NCBI GenBank assembly: GCA_038131955.1
Contig: JAYPQK010000002.1
Span: 267,851-331,850 of the forward strand
DNA from: Flavobacteriales bacterium
GTDB lineage: Bacteria > Bacteroidota > Bacteroidia > Flavobacteriales_G > Salibacteraceae
Direction of reading: 5' to 3'
DNA: 64,000 nucleotides
Shown here: positions 9,953 to 18,484 of the stretch, in pieces
Layout: each line of letters opens with the position of its first letter
Position numbering within the stretch: the stretch's first letter is position 1
Made by a program: the position numbers and the translations under genes
The notes under the pieces: generated by a model
What the model saw: the letters and a program-made list of their open reading frames with translations, nothing else
Databases searched by the model: none
Told to the model about the DNA's origin: nothing

Positions 9953-11037
9953 AGACCAAACTCCGAATAGCGTTGCTGGGAACACGTGGTGTTCCGAATG
10001 CTTATGGAGGCTTTGAGCAAGCCGTGGAACACCTCGGTCCACGCTTGAACGAGCAGGGACATGATGTGCATATCTATTGCAGCACGGGACAAGCAGAGAG
10101 ATTGGAGTCTTGGGAAGGTTGTCAGTTACATTATTGCTTTGACCCAACGTCTTTGGGTACGTTTGGACAGTTCATCTATGACCTGAACTGCATTCGACAC
10201 GCCAGGAGGCAGGCTTATGACGTCGTCATTCAATTTGGCTACACCAGCAGCAGCATTTGGTGGTGGCTTTGGCCTGAGGCGCCTCACTTGGTGAACATGG
10301 ACGGGCTAGAATTCAAGCGGAGTAAGTACTCATCGTTAGTGCAAGGATTCCTACGGTACGCCGAACGTCTGGCAACCAGGGAAGCGTCGATTCTAATCGC
10401 AGATAATCCTGGAATCGAGGAATACCTGACCGAGCGTTATCCGAGTAGTCAAGTCCGCATGATCGCCTATGGAACGAGCCTACCCTCCTTACCTACTCCA
10501 ACTCAGCCCGTATTAGACATGGGACTTTATCCCAACGCTTATGACCTCGTCATCTGCCGGATGGAGCCCGAGAATCACGTGGAGTTGATCTGCAAAGCGC
10601 ATTCATCGTCGGAAGATCCTATTCCGCTTGTATTGGTGGGATCGACCGAAAATGGCTATGGGCGCCTGATGAAACAACGGTTTGGAAGTGAAGGGATACG
10701 ATTTGTGGGAAGTTTATACGACCGAGAAAAACTCGATGCGCTTCGAGGGCATTGTCTACACTACATCCACGGTCACAGCGTCGGAGGCACGAATCCTTCG
10801 CTACTCGAAGCGATGGCTGCAGCTCAGAGCATCATCGCGCATGACAATCCGTTCAATCGAAGCGTGCTCCAAGACGAAGGCGAATATTTCCTTGATGAGA
10901 GCTCGTTGCGTGATGCGCTTCAGAAAAAGAGCAGCCCCGACTCTCTTTCGAAGAATAGAGCGAGACTGACGAAAGACTATAACTGGGAATACATCGCTGA
11001 TCAATATATGAACGCCTGCTATGAAGCCCTGGGTTGA
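9949..11037 (+). CDS. glycosyltransferase family 1 with a DUF1972-type N-terminus
   Basis: IALLGTRGVPNAYGGFEQAVEHLGPRL is the characteristic DUF1972 N-terminus. The C-terminus has HGHSVGGTNPSLLEAMAA. The TTG start overlaps the previous stop (TTGA). Confidence 0.9.
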   Translation: MKTKLRIALLGTRGVPNAYGGFEQAVEHLGPRLNEQGHDVHIYCSTGQAERLESWEGCQLHYCFDPTSLGTFGQFIYDLNCIRHARRQAYDVVIQFGYTSSSIWWWLWPEAPHLVNMDGLEFKRSKYSSLVQGFLRYAERLATREASILIADNPGIEEYLTERYPSSQVRMIAYGTSLPSLPTPTQPVLDMGLYPNAYDLVICRMEPENHVELICKAHSSSEDPIPLVLVGSTENGYGRLMKQRFGSEGIRFVGSLYDREKLDALRGHCLHYIHGHSVGGTNPSLLEAMAAAQSIIAHDNPFNRSVLQDEGEYFLDESSLRDALQKKSSPDSLSKNRARLTKDYNWEYIADQYMNACYEALG

Positions 11038-12247
11038 TAGAATACCAATCATTTTGCCCGTGCTGTGGGCGCTGGTCTTGGCGACGAGTCCGTATCGTCC
11101 GTGGATAAGCGTGGCAATCATCGCACTGGCTGCAGGCACACTAGCATCTCTGCTCTCTAAGACTCATAGACAATCGATCTCCTGGAACATTCCCTTAGGA
11201 GTCTGGGTGATCTGGGGTCTTTTCGCGCTCTATTTGGTGGGTTTTCTCCGATTTTGGGATATCAATGGTGCGTCGATCAAACTAGAGCAAAAATTGAGCT
11301 TGCTGGCTATGCCGTTGCTTTGGATCTTGTCGGGTTTAACATGGCAAAAAGTGAGGCTCCCAACCTATCTGTTGACCCTAGCGGGTCTGAGCATCGCAGG
11401 TGTGATCATGATCGCAGGGAGCGTATTGGATTGGACTGAAACACACAACCTTGCGGTGTTCTACTACGATCAATTTACTTTGCCGCTGTCTATCAGTCCG
11501 ATCTATTTTGCGTTCGTCTTATCCATCCTGCTTCTTTGGCCGATTGATGAAGATGATGTGCCCATTTCAAGGCCTATTCATCGCGTCTTTCGATTCTTCA
11601 TTTGGGGTTTGTTGTTCCTGTCGGCTTCCAAGCTCTTCACTTTCACCACGTTGATACTAGTCGGCTTGAAATGGATGCGATCTCGAAAATTCCAATGGAA
11701 ATGGTGGTATGCGATGATCGGGGTCGGGCTGATTGCACTCCTCACACCCACCGCCCTGAGAACCTATGACGTCGTGAAAAGCGATTTGAGTATTGTTCGT
11801 CAAGACGAATACCGTTATGACACGGAATTCAACGGACTCACCTTGCGATTAGTTCAGTTTCGGTTTGGTTTAGAGATACTCCGTGAACAGGATGCTTGGC
11901 TTTTTGGGCTAGGACCCATCAACACCAAGCCCGCCTTGGATGCGAAATACGAGGAATACAACATGTACACAGGCAATCAGGAACTAGGTGACGTGGGTTA
12001 CCGCAAATACAATTTCCACAATCAATGGATGGAAACTACTGCAGCGGTCGGGCTATTCGGAACCTTATTGTTGATAACCTTGTTCTTTCTACTGATGATG
12101 CGTACCAACCTTTTGGAAGGAGCTTCGTCATTAGTTTTGATCCTTTTGCTCTTTACCTTCACCGAGAGTTACCTGGAAAGGCAACTTGGCTTGGTCGTAT
12201 TCAGTATGATGATCTCCATGTTGTTCAAACCATCGCGTATCGATTAG
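11021..12247 (+). CDS. second O-antigen polymerase/ligase-like membrane protein
   Basis: 408 aa, polytopic, with a Wzy_C-like loop (GLGPINTKPALDAKYEEY...HNQWMETTAAVG). It overlaps the upstream gene by 17 nt. Confidence 0.7.
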   Translation: MKPWVDRIPIILPVLWALVLATSPYRPWISVAIIALAAGTLASLLSKTHRQSISWNIPLGVWVIWGLFALYLVGFLRFWDINGASIKLEQKLSLLAMPLLWILSGLTWQKVRLPTYLLTLAGLSIAGVIMIAGSVLDWTETHNLAVFYYDQFTLPLSISPIYFAFVLSILLLWPIDEDDVPISRPIHRVFRFFIWGLLFLSASKLFTFTTLILVGLKWMRSRKFQWKWWYAMIGVGLIALLTPTALRTYDVVKSDLSIVRQDEYRYDTEFNGLTLRLVQFRFGLEILREQDAWLFGLGPINTKPALDAKYEEYNMYTGNQELGDVGYRKYNFHNQWMETTAAVGLFGTLLLITLFFLLMMRTNLLEGASSLVLILLLFTFTESYLERQLGLVVFSMMISMLFKPSRID

Positions 12248-12255
12248 ACCACTAC

Positions 12256-12936
12256 ATGCCCGAATCAAATCTTGCATATTCTGAGGCGATCTCCTCACCG
12301 GAGATAGACCTTCTCGATCATGTATCCCTCAGAGGATTCACGATGGAGCAGCGGGGTCCAGTGATGGTATACCTGAAGCGCGCTGTAGACATTCTGGTCT
12401 CTTCGATCCTGTTACTCTTACTGACCCCGACCCTGTTTCCATTGCTTGCTTTACTGATCCGACTCGATTCGAAAGGTCCAGTATTCTTTATTCAAAGGCG
12501 CACGGGTCTTGGTCGAAATACCTTTCGCTGCATGAAGTTCAGAACCATGTTGCCCCTGGAATATTCTGCGGGCTTGACTGAAGAGCAACGAATTACTCCT
12601 CTCGGACTTTTCTTGAGAAAAAGTCACCTGGACGAATTACCTCAACTCTTCAACGTTTGGTTGGGACAGATGAGCTTGGTGGGCCCTCGTCCTCACATGC
12701 TCTCTGACACCCACGATTTTCAGCAACGGGCGAAGAATTACCACCTACGACACAGCGTCCGTCCTGGGATCACCGGATTGGCCCAAGTGAATGGCTTCTT
12801 CGGTAAGGTAGAGGATGGAGAACACCTGCGAAAGCGCGTGGAATACGACATCGAGTATGTCTACACATGGAGTATACAAAAAGACCTTAGTATCTTGCTG
12901 CGGACCATGATGATCCCATTGAAAGCAGATAAGTGA
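12256..12936 (+). CDS. initiating sugar-phosphate transferase (bacterial sugar transferase, WbaP/EpsL-like)
   Basis: KRAVDILVSSILLLLLTPTLFPLLALLIRLDSKGPVFFIQRRTGL..FRCMKFRTM...DELPQLFNVWLGQMSLVGPRP is the Bac_transf signature. The track ORF begins at 12025 but overlaps the previous gene. I prefer the ATG at 12256 (12343 is also possible). Confidence 0.85.
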   Translation: MPESNLAYSEAISSPEIDLLDHVSLRGFTMEQRGPVMVYLKRAVDILVSSILLLLLTPTLFPLLALLIRLDSKGPVFFIQRRTGLGRNTFRCMKFRTMLPLEYSAGLTEEQRITPLGLFLRKSHLDELPQLFNVWLGQMSLVGPRPHMLSDTHDFQQRAKNYHLRHSVRPGITGLAQVNGFFGKVEDGEHLRKRVEYDIEYVYTWSIQKDLSILLRTMMIPLKADK

Positions 12937-14720
12937 CCTCGGCCGTCCTCCATACCCTTCAATACTTCGATCTTTTCAAGCACCCCTTAACGAGCGAGGA
13001 GGTATTCCTCTTTCTGCAAGAAAGCTGTGACAAAGGTGATGTCGATAAGGCACTGCGCGAGCTCGTTTCAAACGGTGAAGTCCAACAAGAAGGCGACCTC
13101 TATCAACTGACATCAAAAGAGAACCATTTCTCCATTCGTCACGAACGGCAGTCCCGTGCCTTGCGCATGATCGATGAGAGTCGTCGCTTTGCCAAGATCA
13201 TTGCTTCCTTCCCATTCGTACGAGGAATTGGCATCTCCGGCTCAACCTCCAAACTATCCGCTCCGGAAGATGCGGATCTTGATTTCTTCATCATCACAGC
13301 ACAGGATCGACTATGGATCGCCCGAACGCTGCTTCATCTCTTCAAGAAGCTCACCTTTTTGACCGGTCACGAACACAAGTTCTGCATGAACTACTTCGTG
13401 GATGAAGCGCACCTGACCCTTCCCTATCCCAATGTCTACACGGCCCTGGAGTTGATGACGTTGATCCCTGTTTTCGGTGAGGAGACCGTTGAGCGACTGC
13501 GACATGAAAACGGTTGGACGAAGCAGCACTTACCGAACCACACGGGCCAACCTCTGGCAAAAGCTCAGATCGTCAAGCCTCTAGGATTCATCAAGTCGTT
13601 CGGGGAGGTCTTGCTGAATATTCTACTGCCGGTTCGTCTCAATCTCGGACTGATGAATCTGACGGACTGGAAATGGAGGCGCAAATTCAAACATCTGAAT
13701 CTCAGCGAAGAAGCCTACGAACGCGCCTTGCTAACGAAGCCGCACATCTCAAAGAACCACCCCAAGGATTTCCAAAAGTTGATCCTTTCGCAATGGAAGG
13801 CCAATAAAGAAGGTGAATCGCGAATGAAGATCCTACTAACCGGAGCATCCGGATACATCGGACGTGCCGTCATGGAAGAACTAATAGGGCGCGAAGACAT
13901 TCATCTCACGGTGCTCCGACACCGCTCCAGTGTGACAGCGAGTGAAGATGTCGAGTATCTCGATGGAGGATTGGAGAAGCTCAACTCTGACTATTTACAA
14001 CGACTCCAACCCGATGTTATCATTCATCTTGCGCGTCCCACATTTCCAAAATGGAGATGGCTGGGACGAAAGTTGGCCGGTTGGTACGGGAGTCAGCTCA
14101 ATCAAAACTTGATCAAGACGCTCGAACGATCCCTTCCCCACACTCGCTTGATCTATGTTTCTGGAAGCTTGATGTATGGACAAAGCAACGGTGTACCACA
14201 TGATGAAAGCGCCCCGCTGGCTACGATCAGTTTTGCCCGGGCATATGTCAATGCCGAACAACCTTTCCTCAAGACGCTCTCGAATGGAAATCAGCAAATC
14301 ACCCTCTTGAGGGCTCCATGGGTACTGGGTGCAGGCTCATGGTTCGATTGGGTCTATGTAAAGCACTACCGTGACCACAAGAGCATTCCGCTGTTCGGAA
14401 GCGGTGACAACCACATGCATTTCATCCATCTCCGAGATCTAGCGAAGAGCATTGTTAGTTGTGCCGAGAAAAGCGAGATCAAGGGTATTCGCAATGTCTT
14501 CTCTCCTGATGTCCTACCTCAACGAGACTTTGCCCAACTACTCTCGCAAGAATTGAATTGTGCCATTGACTCTTCTGTTGGAAAGTACGAAGCGGATCTT
14601 CAAGAGGCTTTCTCCTCTAACATCGTGTTGAGCACCAATCATTCGGACCTGGACGCGTTACCCGCAAGAGACCTTCGACAGGAGGTTCGATCTCTACTCG
14701 GGCTTCTGAAAGACAAATAG
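12933..14720 (+). CDS. fusion protein: N-terminal winged-helix plus nucleotidyltransferase-like domain, C-terminal NAD-dependent epimerase/dehydratase (SDR)
   Basis: Residues 1-297 contain GIGISGSTSKLSAPEDADLDFFII (a GS...DxD minimal nucleotidyltransferase motif). Residue 298 onward reads MKILLTGASGYIGRAV (a Rossmann GxxGxxG SDR). There is no stop between the two parts. GTGA overlap with the upstream gene. Confidence 0.8.
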   Translation: MTSAVLHTLQYFDLFKHPLTSEEVFLFLQESCDKGDVDKALRELVSNGEVQQEGDLYQLTSKENHFSIRHERQSRALRMIDESRRFAKIIASFPFVRGIGISGSTSKLSAPEDADLDFFIITAQDRLWIARTLLHLFKKLTFLTGHEHKFCMNYFVDEAHLTLPYPNVYTALELMTLIPVFGEETVERLRHENGWTKQHLPNHTGQPLAKAQIVKPLGFIKSFGEVLLNILLPVRLNLGLMNLTDWKWRRKFKHLNLSEEAYERALLTKPHISKNHPKDFQKLILSQWKANKEGESRMKILLTGASGYIGRAVMEELIGREDIHLTVLRHRSSVTASEDVEYLDGGLEKLNSDYLQRLQPDVIIHLARPTFPKWRWLGRKLAGWYGSQLNQNLIKTLERSLPHTRLIYVSGSLMYGQSNGVPHDESAPLATISFARAYVNAEQPFLKTLSNGNQQITLLRAPWVLGAGSWFDWVYVKHYRDHKSIPLFGSGDNHMHFIHLRDLAKSIVSCAEKSEIKGIRNVFSPDVLPQRDFAQLLSQELNCAIDSSVGKYEADLQEAFSSNIVLSTNHSDLDALPARDLRQEVRSLLGLLKDK

Positions 14721-15488
14721 CGTGTACTCGCCAAACTTCCAGAATGGACCCGCATTCAGCGCCTCATCCTTGTTCCATAGGCGATCAGCCTTAGCTTGGT
14801 CATGTTTGATCTTATGATCGTTATACCATGCCGGATAAACGATACTGAAGCCTCGGTGATCGAATTCTTTGAATGAAGCGAACGCCTTTCTCACTTGGTT
14901 GGGCGCATAGCATGACGATGCCAGATGGCGCTGAGGAGAATACCCACCCCAAACCTTCCTGATTCGAGCAAAGGCGGTCTTCCATCTCAACTTCAACAAG
15001 TTGACGATCAATTCGCGCAAGTACCACTTGTTGACGAATGTGAGCACTGCTACTCCACCCGGTTGTAAGGCTCCGTAAATGGACTCCGCTGCCTTCGGTA
15101 AACTTTCTACGGTGTTCAACGCCCCAAAGAAGACAAAGCACAGATCGAACGGCGCATTCGGGAGGTCAGCCAAATCTTTCTCGGTCGACTGGATGACCGT
15201 GACATTCGATAGCTCAATTGTACGTCGACCTGCGGTCGAAACCATTTCCTTGGAGACATCCACGGCCGTGATCCGACTGTTCGGAAAGGTAGCCCCATAC
15301 CACAGTGCATCGTATCCGGGACCGCAGCCGATCTCCAACGCAGTTTCTTTGGCATATTTCGCCGCAACCTCTCGAAAAGAGTTGCGGATGCGTTGGAGAC
15401 TCTGATTCTCTTCAGCGCGCGCCTCAAAGCCCGACGTGGCATCCTCGTCGTAATACGCGCCGACTTCTTTGTAATAAGATTCACTCAT
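14694..15488 (-). CDS. class I SAM-dependent methyltransferase
   Basis: ALEIGCGPGYDALWY (motif I) and GGVAVLTFVNKW. 264 aa. The 3' end overlaps the convergent gene by 27 nt. Confidence 0.85.
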   Translation of the reverse strand: MSESYYKEVGAYYDEDATSGFEARAEENQSLQRIRNSFREVAAKYAKETALEIGCGPGYDALWYGATFPNSRITAVDVSKEMVSTAGRRTIELSNVTVIQSTEKDLADLPNAPFDLCFVFFGALNTVESLPKAAESIYGALQPGGVAVLTFVNKWYLRELIVNLLKLRWKTAFARIRKVWGGYSPQRHLASSCYAPNQVRKAFASFKEFDHRGFSIVYPAWYNDHKIKHDQAKADRLWNKDEALNAGPFWKFGEYTLFVFQKPE

Positions 15489-15591
15489 TGGATTGGCTCA
15501 AAGCTACGGATTGACTTGGCTCGAAGAGGGCTTGTTATTCACCTTTAAGACTAGAGTATCTTTACGGCCGAATTATTGACAGACATCCCAC

Positions 15592-16735
15592 TTGAAACTA
15601 GCAGCCAAAACTCTCTACGGACTCGAAGATCTCGCGGTAAAAAGAGCTCAAAGCTCTTGGAGCAAAGAACCTGCAATCCGGCAACCGTATCGTGACCTTC
15701 GAAGGTGACCTTGAGTTACTCTACAGAGCCAACCTGAGCTCCAGAACCCTGCTTAGGATCCTAGTTCCAATTAGTGAGTTTCAAGCCCACAACGACCGCC
15801 ATCTTTACCAGCAAGCGAAGAAGATCCCTTGGAATAAGTACCTGTCCAACGAACTCACCTTTGCGATCGACGCAACGGTAAATGGACAACGCTTCCGACA
15901 CTCGCAGTACGCTGCCTTGAAGGTGAAAGACGCCATCGTGGATCAATTCAAGGAGAAGACAGGAAAGCGTCCGAGCATCGACACGCACAAACCCCACGTT
16001 CGACTCAATTTGCATATTTCCGAGACGGCAGTTACCCTATCCTTGGACAGCTCGGATGTAAGTTTGGAAAAGCGCGGATACCGCACCGAAAGCAACGAAG
16101 CGCCGATGAGCGAGTGCTTGGCAGCGGCCATGATCATGCTGAGCGAGTGGGATCAAAAAACACCCTTGATCGACGCGATGACCGGTTCAGGAACGCTAGC
16201 GATCGAAGCCGCATTGATGGCCTCAAACACGCCTCCCTGTCTCTTCAGAGCCTTCGGATTTCAGACTTGGATGGATTACGACAGTGGTCTTTTCAAAAGG
16301 ATAGAGCACGAATTGAGAAGCGCGATCACCAAGCCGGACGTGAAGATCGTGGCCAGGGACATTTCGGGGAAGAACATTTCCATCGCCAAACGCAATGCGC
16401 GTCGCGCCGCTGTGATCGATCACATCACCTTTGAGCAACAGGACATGCTCACATCCAGTCCTGTAGCAGACGAGGGTGTGGTGGTTGTCAACCCTCCGTA
16501 TGGAGAACGCTTGGAAGACGACGAAGCCATGCTCGACTTCTACCACAAAGTGGGGCGACGACTGAAGCACCACTACTCTGGCCATCAACTTTGGATCATA
16601 ACGGCAAACTTGAAAGCCCTGAAGCGCATCGGTCTCAAACCCGATCATCGGTATAAGGTGTTCAACGGACCACTGGAATGCCGCATGAATGGCTACTCCC
16701 TTTTCGCAGGGAAGCGAGAGAGTCAGCAACAATAG
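15592..16735 (+). CDS. THUMP-domain class I RNA methyltransferase (RlmL/UPF0020-like) with an apparent frameshift near the 5' end
   Basis: The intact ORF (15692-16735, GTG start) carries the THUMP region and VVVNPPYGERL. The conserved N-terminus MKLAAKTLYGLEDLAVK is encoded upstream from the TTG at 15592, in another frame. An A5 run at 15639-15643 separates the two frames. Confidence 0.8.
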
Positions 16736-16800
16736 TTTTGAACAACGCAATCACAATTCGATCCTTACTCTAACTTAGAGTATATCAATCGTCTTGCTGT

Positions 16801-17409
16801 ATGATTCATCCCCATACGGAGCTCCGCTTCATCAATGAAGAAGTGGGCCATGGCGTGGTCGCCACACAACTGATACCGAAGGGTACCATCACCTGGGTCT
16901 TGGACAAATTGGACAGAGAACTTTCTCCCCATGAAGTCGATGCCATGGAGCCAGCCTATCAGGAACTCATTGACATCTACGCCTATCGCAACGGCAAGGG
17001 AAACTTCATCCTGTGTTGGGATCACGCTAGGTTTGTGAATCACAGTTTTCGTTCAAATTGCTTGACCACAGCCTACGATTTTGAGATCGCCATTCGCGAT
17101 ATTCAGCCGGGAGAGCAGTTGACCGATGATTATGGATACCTCAACATCTCTTCCCCTTTTCGGGCAGCCAGTGAAGGCACCAAGCGAAAAGTGGTCTACC
17201 CTGACGACACTCTGAAGTATCACCGTACGTGGGACAAGAAGGTCTCGGATGCGTTCAAACACATTCGCAAACACCATCAACCCCTTCTGCATCTCCTGAG
17301 CCCTTCTCAGCATCAAGCCATCGAGGGAGTCTTGGAAGGTTATCATCCAATGGAGTCCATTTTAACGACGTATTATTACCCTCAGAACGGATTAGGAAGC
17401 ACGCATTAG
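16801..17409 (+). CDS. SET-domain protein (putative protein-lysine methyltransferase)
   Basis: FVNHSFRSNC matches the NHSCxPN-type motif and GEQLTDDYG matches the ELTxDYG-type motif. A GxG-like N-SET region (EVGHGVVATQLIPKGT) is also present. 202 aa. Confidence 0.85.
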   Translation: MIHPHTELRFINEEVGHGVVATQLIPKGTITWVLDKLDRELSPHEVDAMEPAYQELIDIYAYRNGKGNFILCWDHARFVNHSFRSNCLTTAYDFEIAIRDIQPGEQLTDDYGYLNISSPFRAASEGTKRKVVYPDDTLKYHRTWDKKVSDAFKHIRKHHQPLLHLLSPSQHQAIEGVLEGYHPMESILTTYYYPQNGLGSTH

Positions 17410-17574
17410 CGTGGTACATACTTATTGCTAGTCGTAGAAAAGCTCGGCTTCGAGTTGGACAGCACCATCCACGAGTTTGGCGAAGATCAATACCTTTATG
17501 TGCTGACCGAAGAAAAATAGATCGCTGAAGCAAGTTAGCGACTCATCAGCCCCCGGCATGATAAATCCACCGCC

Positions 17575-18129
17575 ATGAAGCCGCACTACCTTTCGAAATC
17601 AACATTCATTCTTACCCTTCTCTTTTTCTCCTTGCTTCAGACTTCCCTCGGTCAGAAGATCGATGAAGAAAAAGAAGGCATTAAGGATCCGAGCAATACG
17701 ATCTGTACGACTTGGGAGTCCTTCTATCAAAGTGCAGGATGGAAAGGCGTTATTCGCATGTTGAAGACGGGCGAACAGCATCAGATGGAGGTCAAGATCT
17801 TTTACACCAGTGGTGAAGAGATATGCATCGACAAGGGTCAGGAGATTACGTTCACTTTTTTAGACGAATCATCTTCAACGATCCAAGCATCTGAAAACGG
17901 GGAAACCTGCGAAGGCTGTGGCTCAGAAGGAATGCTCGGAAAGAATAAGCCCGGAGTCAACGCCATGTATGGTATCCCCGGAGAAGTTTGGGGAGAAATG
18001 AACTCCAAGGAAATAACGCAAATGAAGATCTTACTGCGAACGGGTTCGCTCACCATTGACCTTACCGGGATCAAATCAGGGTTTGCGGCCAATATTCAAA
18101 AGGCAGTCCAGCTGATCGAAGAACAATAA
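17575..18129 (+). CDS. hypothetical secreted protein
   Basis: Signal peptide FILTLLFFSLLQTSLGQ. 184 aa. No recognisable family. Confidence 0.6.
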   Translation: MKPHYLSKSTFILTLLFFSLLQTSLGQKIDEEKEGIKDPSNTICTTWESFYQSAGWKGVIRMLKTGEQHQMEVKIFYTSGEEICIDKGQEITFTFLDESSSTIQASENGETCEGCGSEGMLGKNKPGVNAMYGIPGEVWGEMNSKEITQMKILLRTGSLTIDLTGIKSGFAANIQKAVQLIEEQ

Positions 18130-18148
18130 CAGTCCACCCCGCTCTCCC

Positions 18149-18484
18149 ATGTCTGAAACCACCCCTTGCCCGAAGTGCAACTCCCCTTACGCCTATCCGA
18201 TGGACTCCTTGATGGTTTGTCCGGAATGTGGACACGAGTGGAATCCAAACGAAGTAGAAGCCAAGAGTGAGTCCCAAGTCTTGGATTCAGCGGGAAATCC
18301 CCTTCAAGATGGGGACACCGTGATCGTGATCAAGAATCTTCCTGTGAAAGGGGCTCCTAAGCCGATCAAAGCCGGCACCAAGGTCAAGAACATTCGACTC
18401 ACCGACGGCGACCACAATATCTCGTGCAAGATCGATGGCTTTGGAGCGATGGCGCTCAAGTCTGAATTTGTAAAGAAGGGCTGA
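18149..18484 (+). CDS. yjdM: PhnA/YjdM-family zinc-ribbon protein
   Basis: An N-terminal CPKC...CPEC zinc ribbon is followed by DGDTVIVIKNLPVKG...IKAGTKVKNIRL..DH.I.CKIDGFGAMALKSEFVKK, the conserved PhnA C-terminal domain. Confidence 0.9.
   Translation: MSETTPCPKCNSPYAYPMDSLMVCPECGHEWNPNEVEAKSESQVLDSAGNPLQDGDTVIVIKNLPVKGAPKPIKAGTKVKNIRLTDGDHNISCKIDGFGAMALKSEFVKKG

Noticed and set aside
12025-12255. 5' extension of the sugar-transferase ORF as listed in the track
   Set aside because: The extension overlaps the last 223 nt of the upstream Wzy-like gene in another frame and adds non-homologous sequence. The conserved Bac_transf domain begins after the ATG at 12256/12343.
14694-14720. 27-nt overlap of the convergent 3' ends of the SDR-fusion gene and the methyltransferase gene; also the directly abutting stop codons of phnA and pepT at 18482-18487
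   Set aside because: Short tail-to-tail overlaps and zero-length spacers are common in compact genomes. They need no special explanation beyond the lack of hairpin terminators.
17428-17559. 43-codon minus-strand ORF (MPGADESLTCFSDLFFFGQHIKVLIFAKLVDGAVQLEAELFYD) in the 165-nt spacer after the SET gene
   Set aside because: There is no nearby terminator or promoter-like element. The HIKVLIFAKL stretch only vaguely recalls a MoaD/ThiS-like N-terminus. This is too weak to call as either a gene or a gene remnant.
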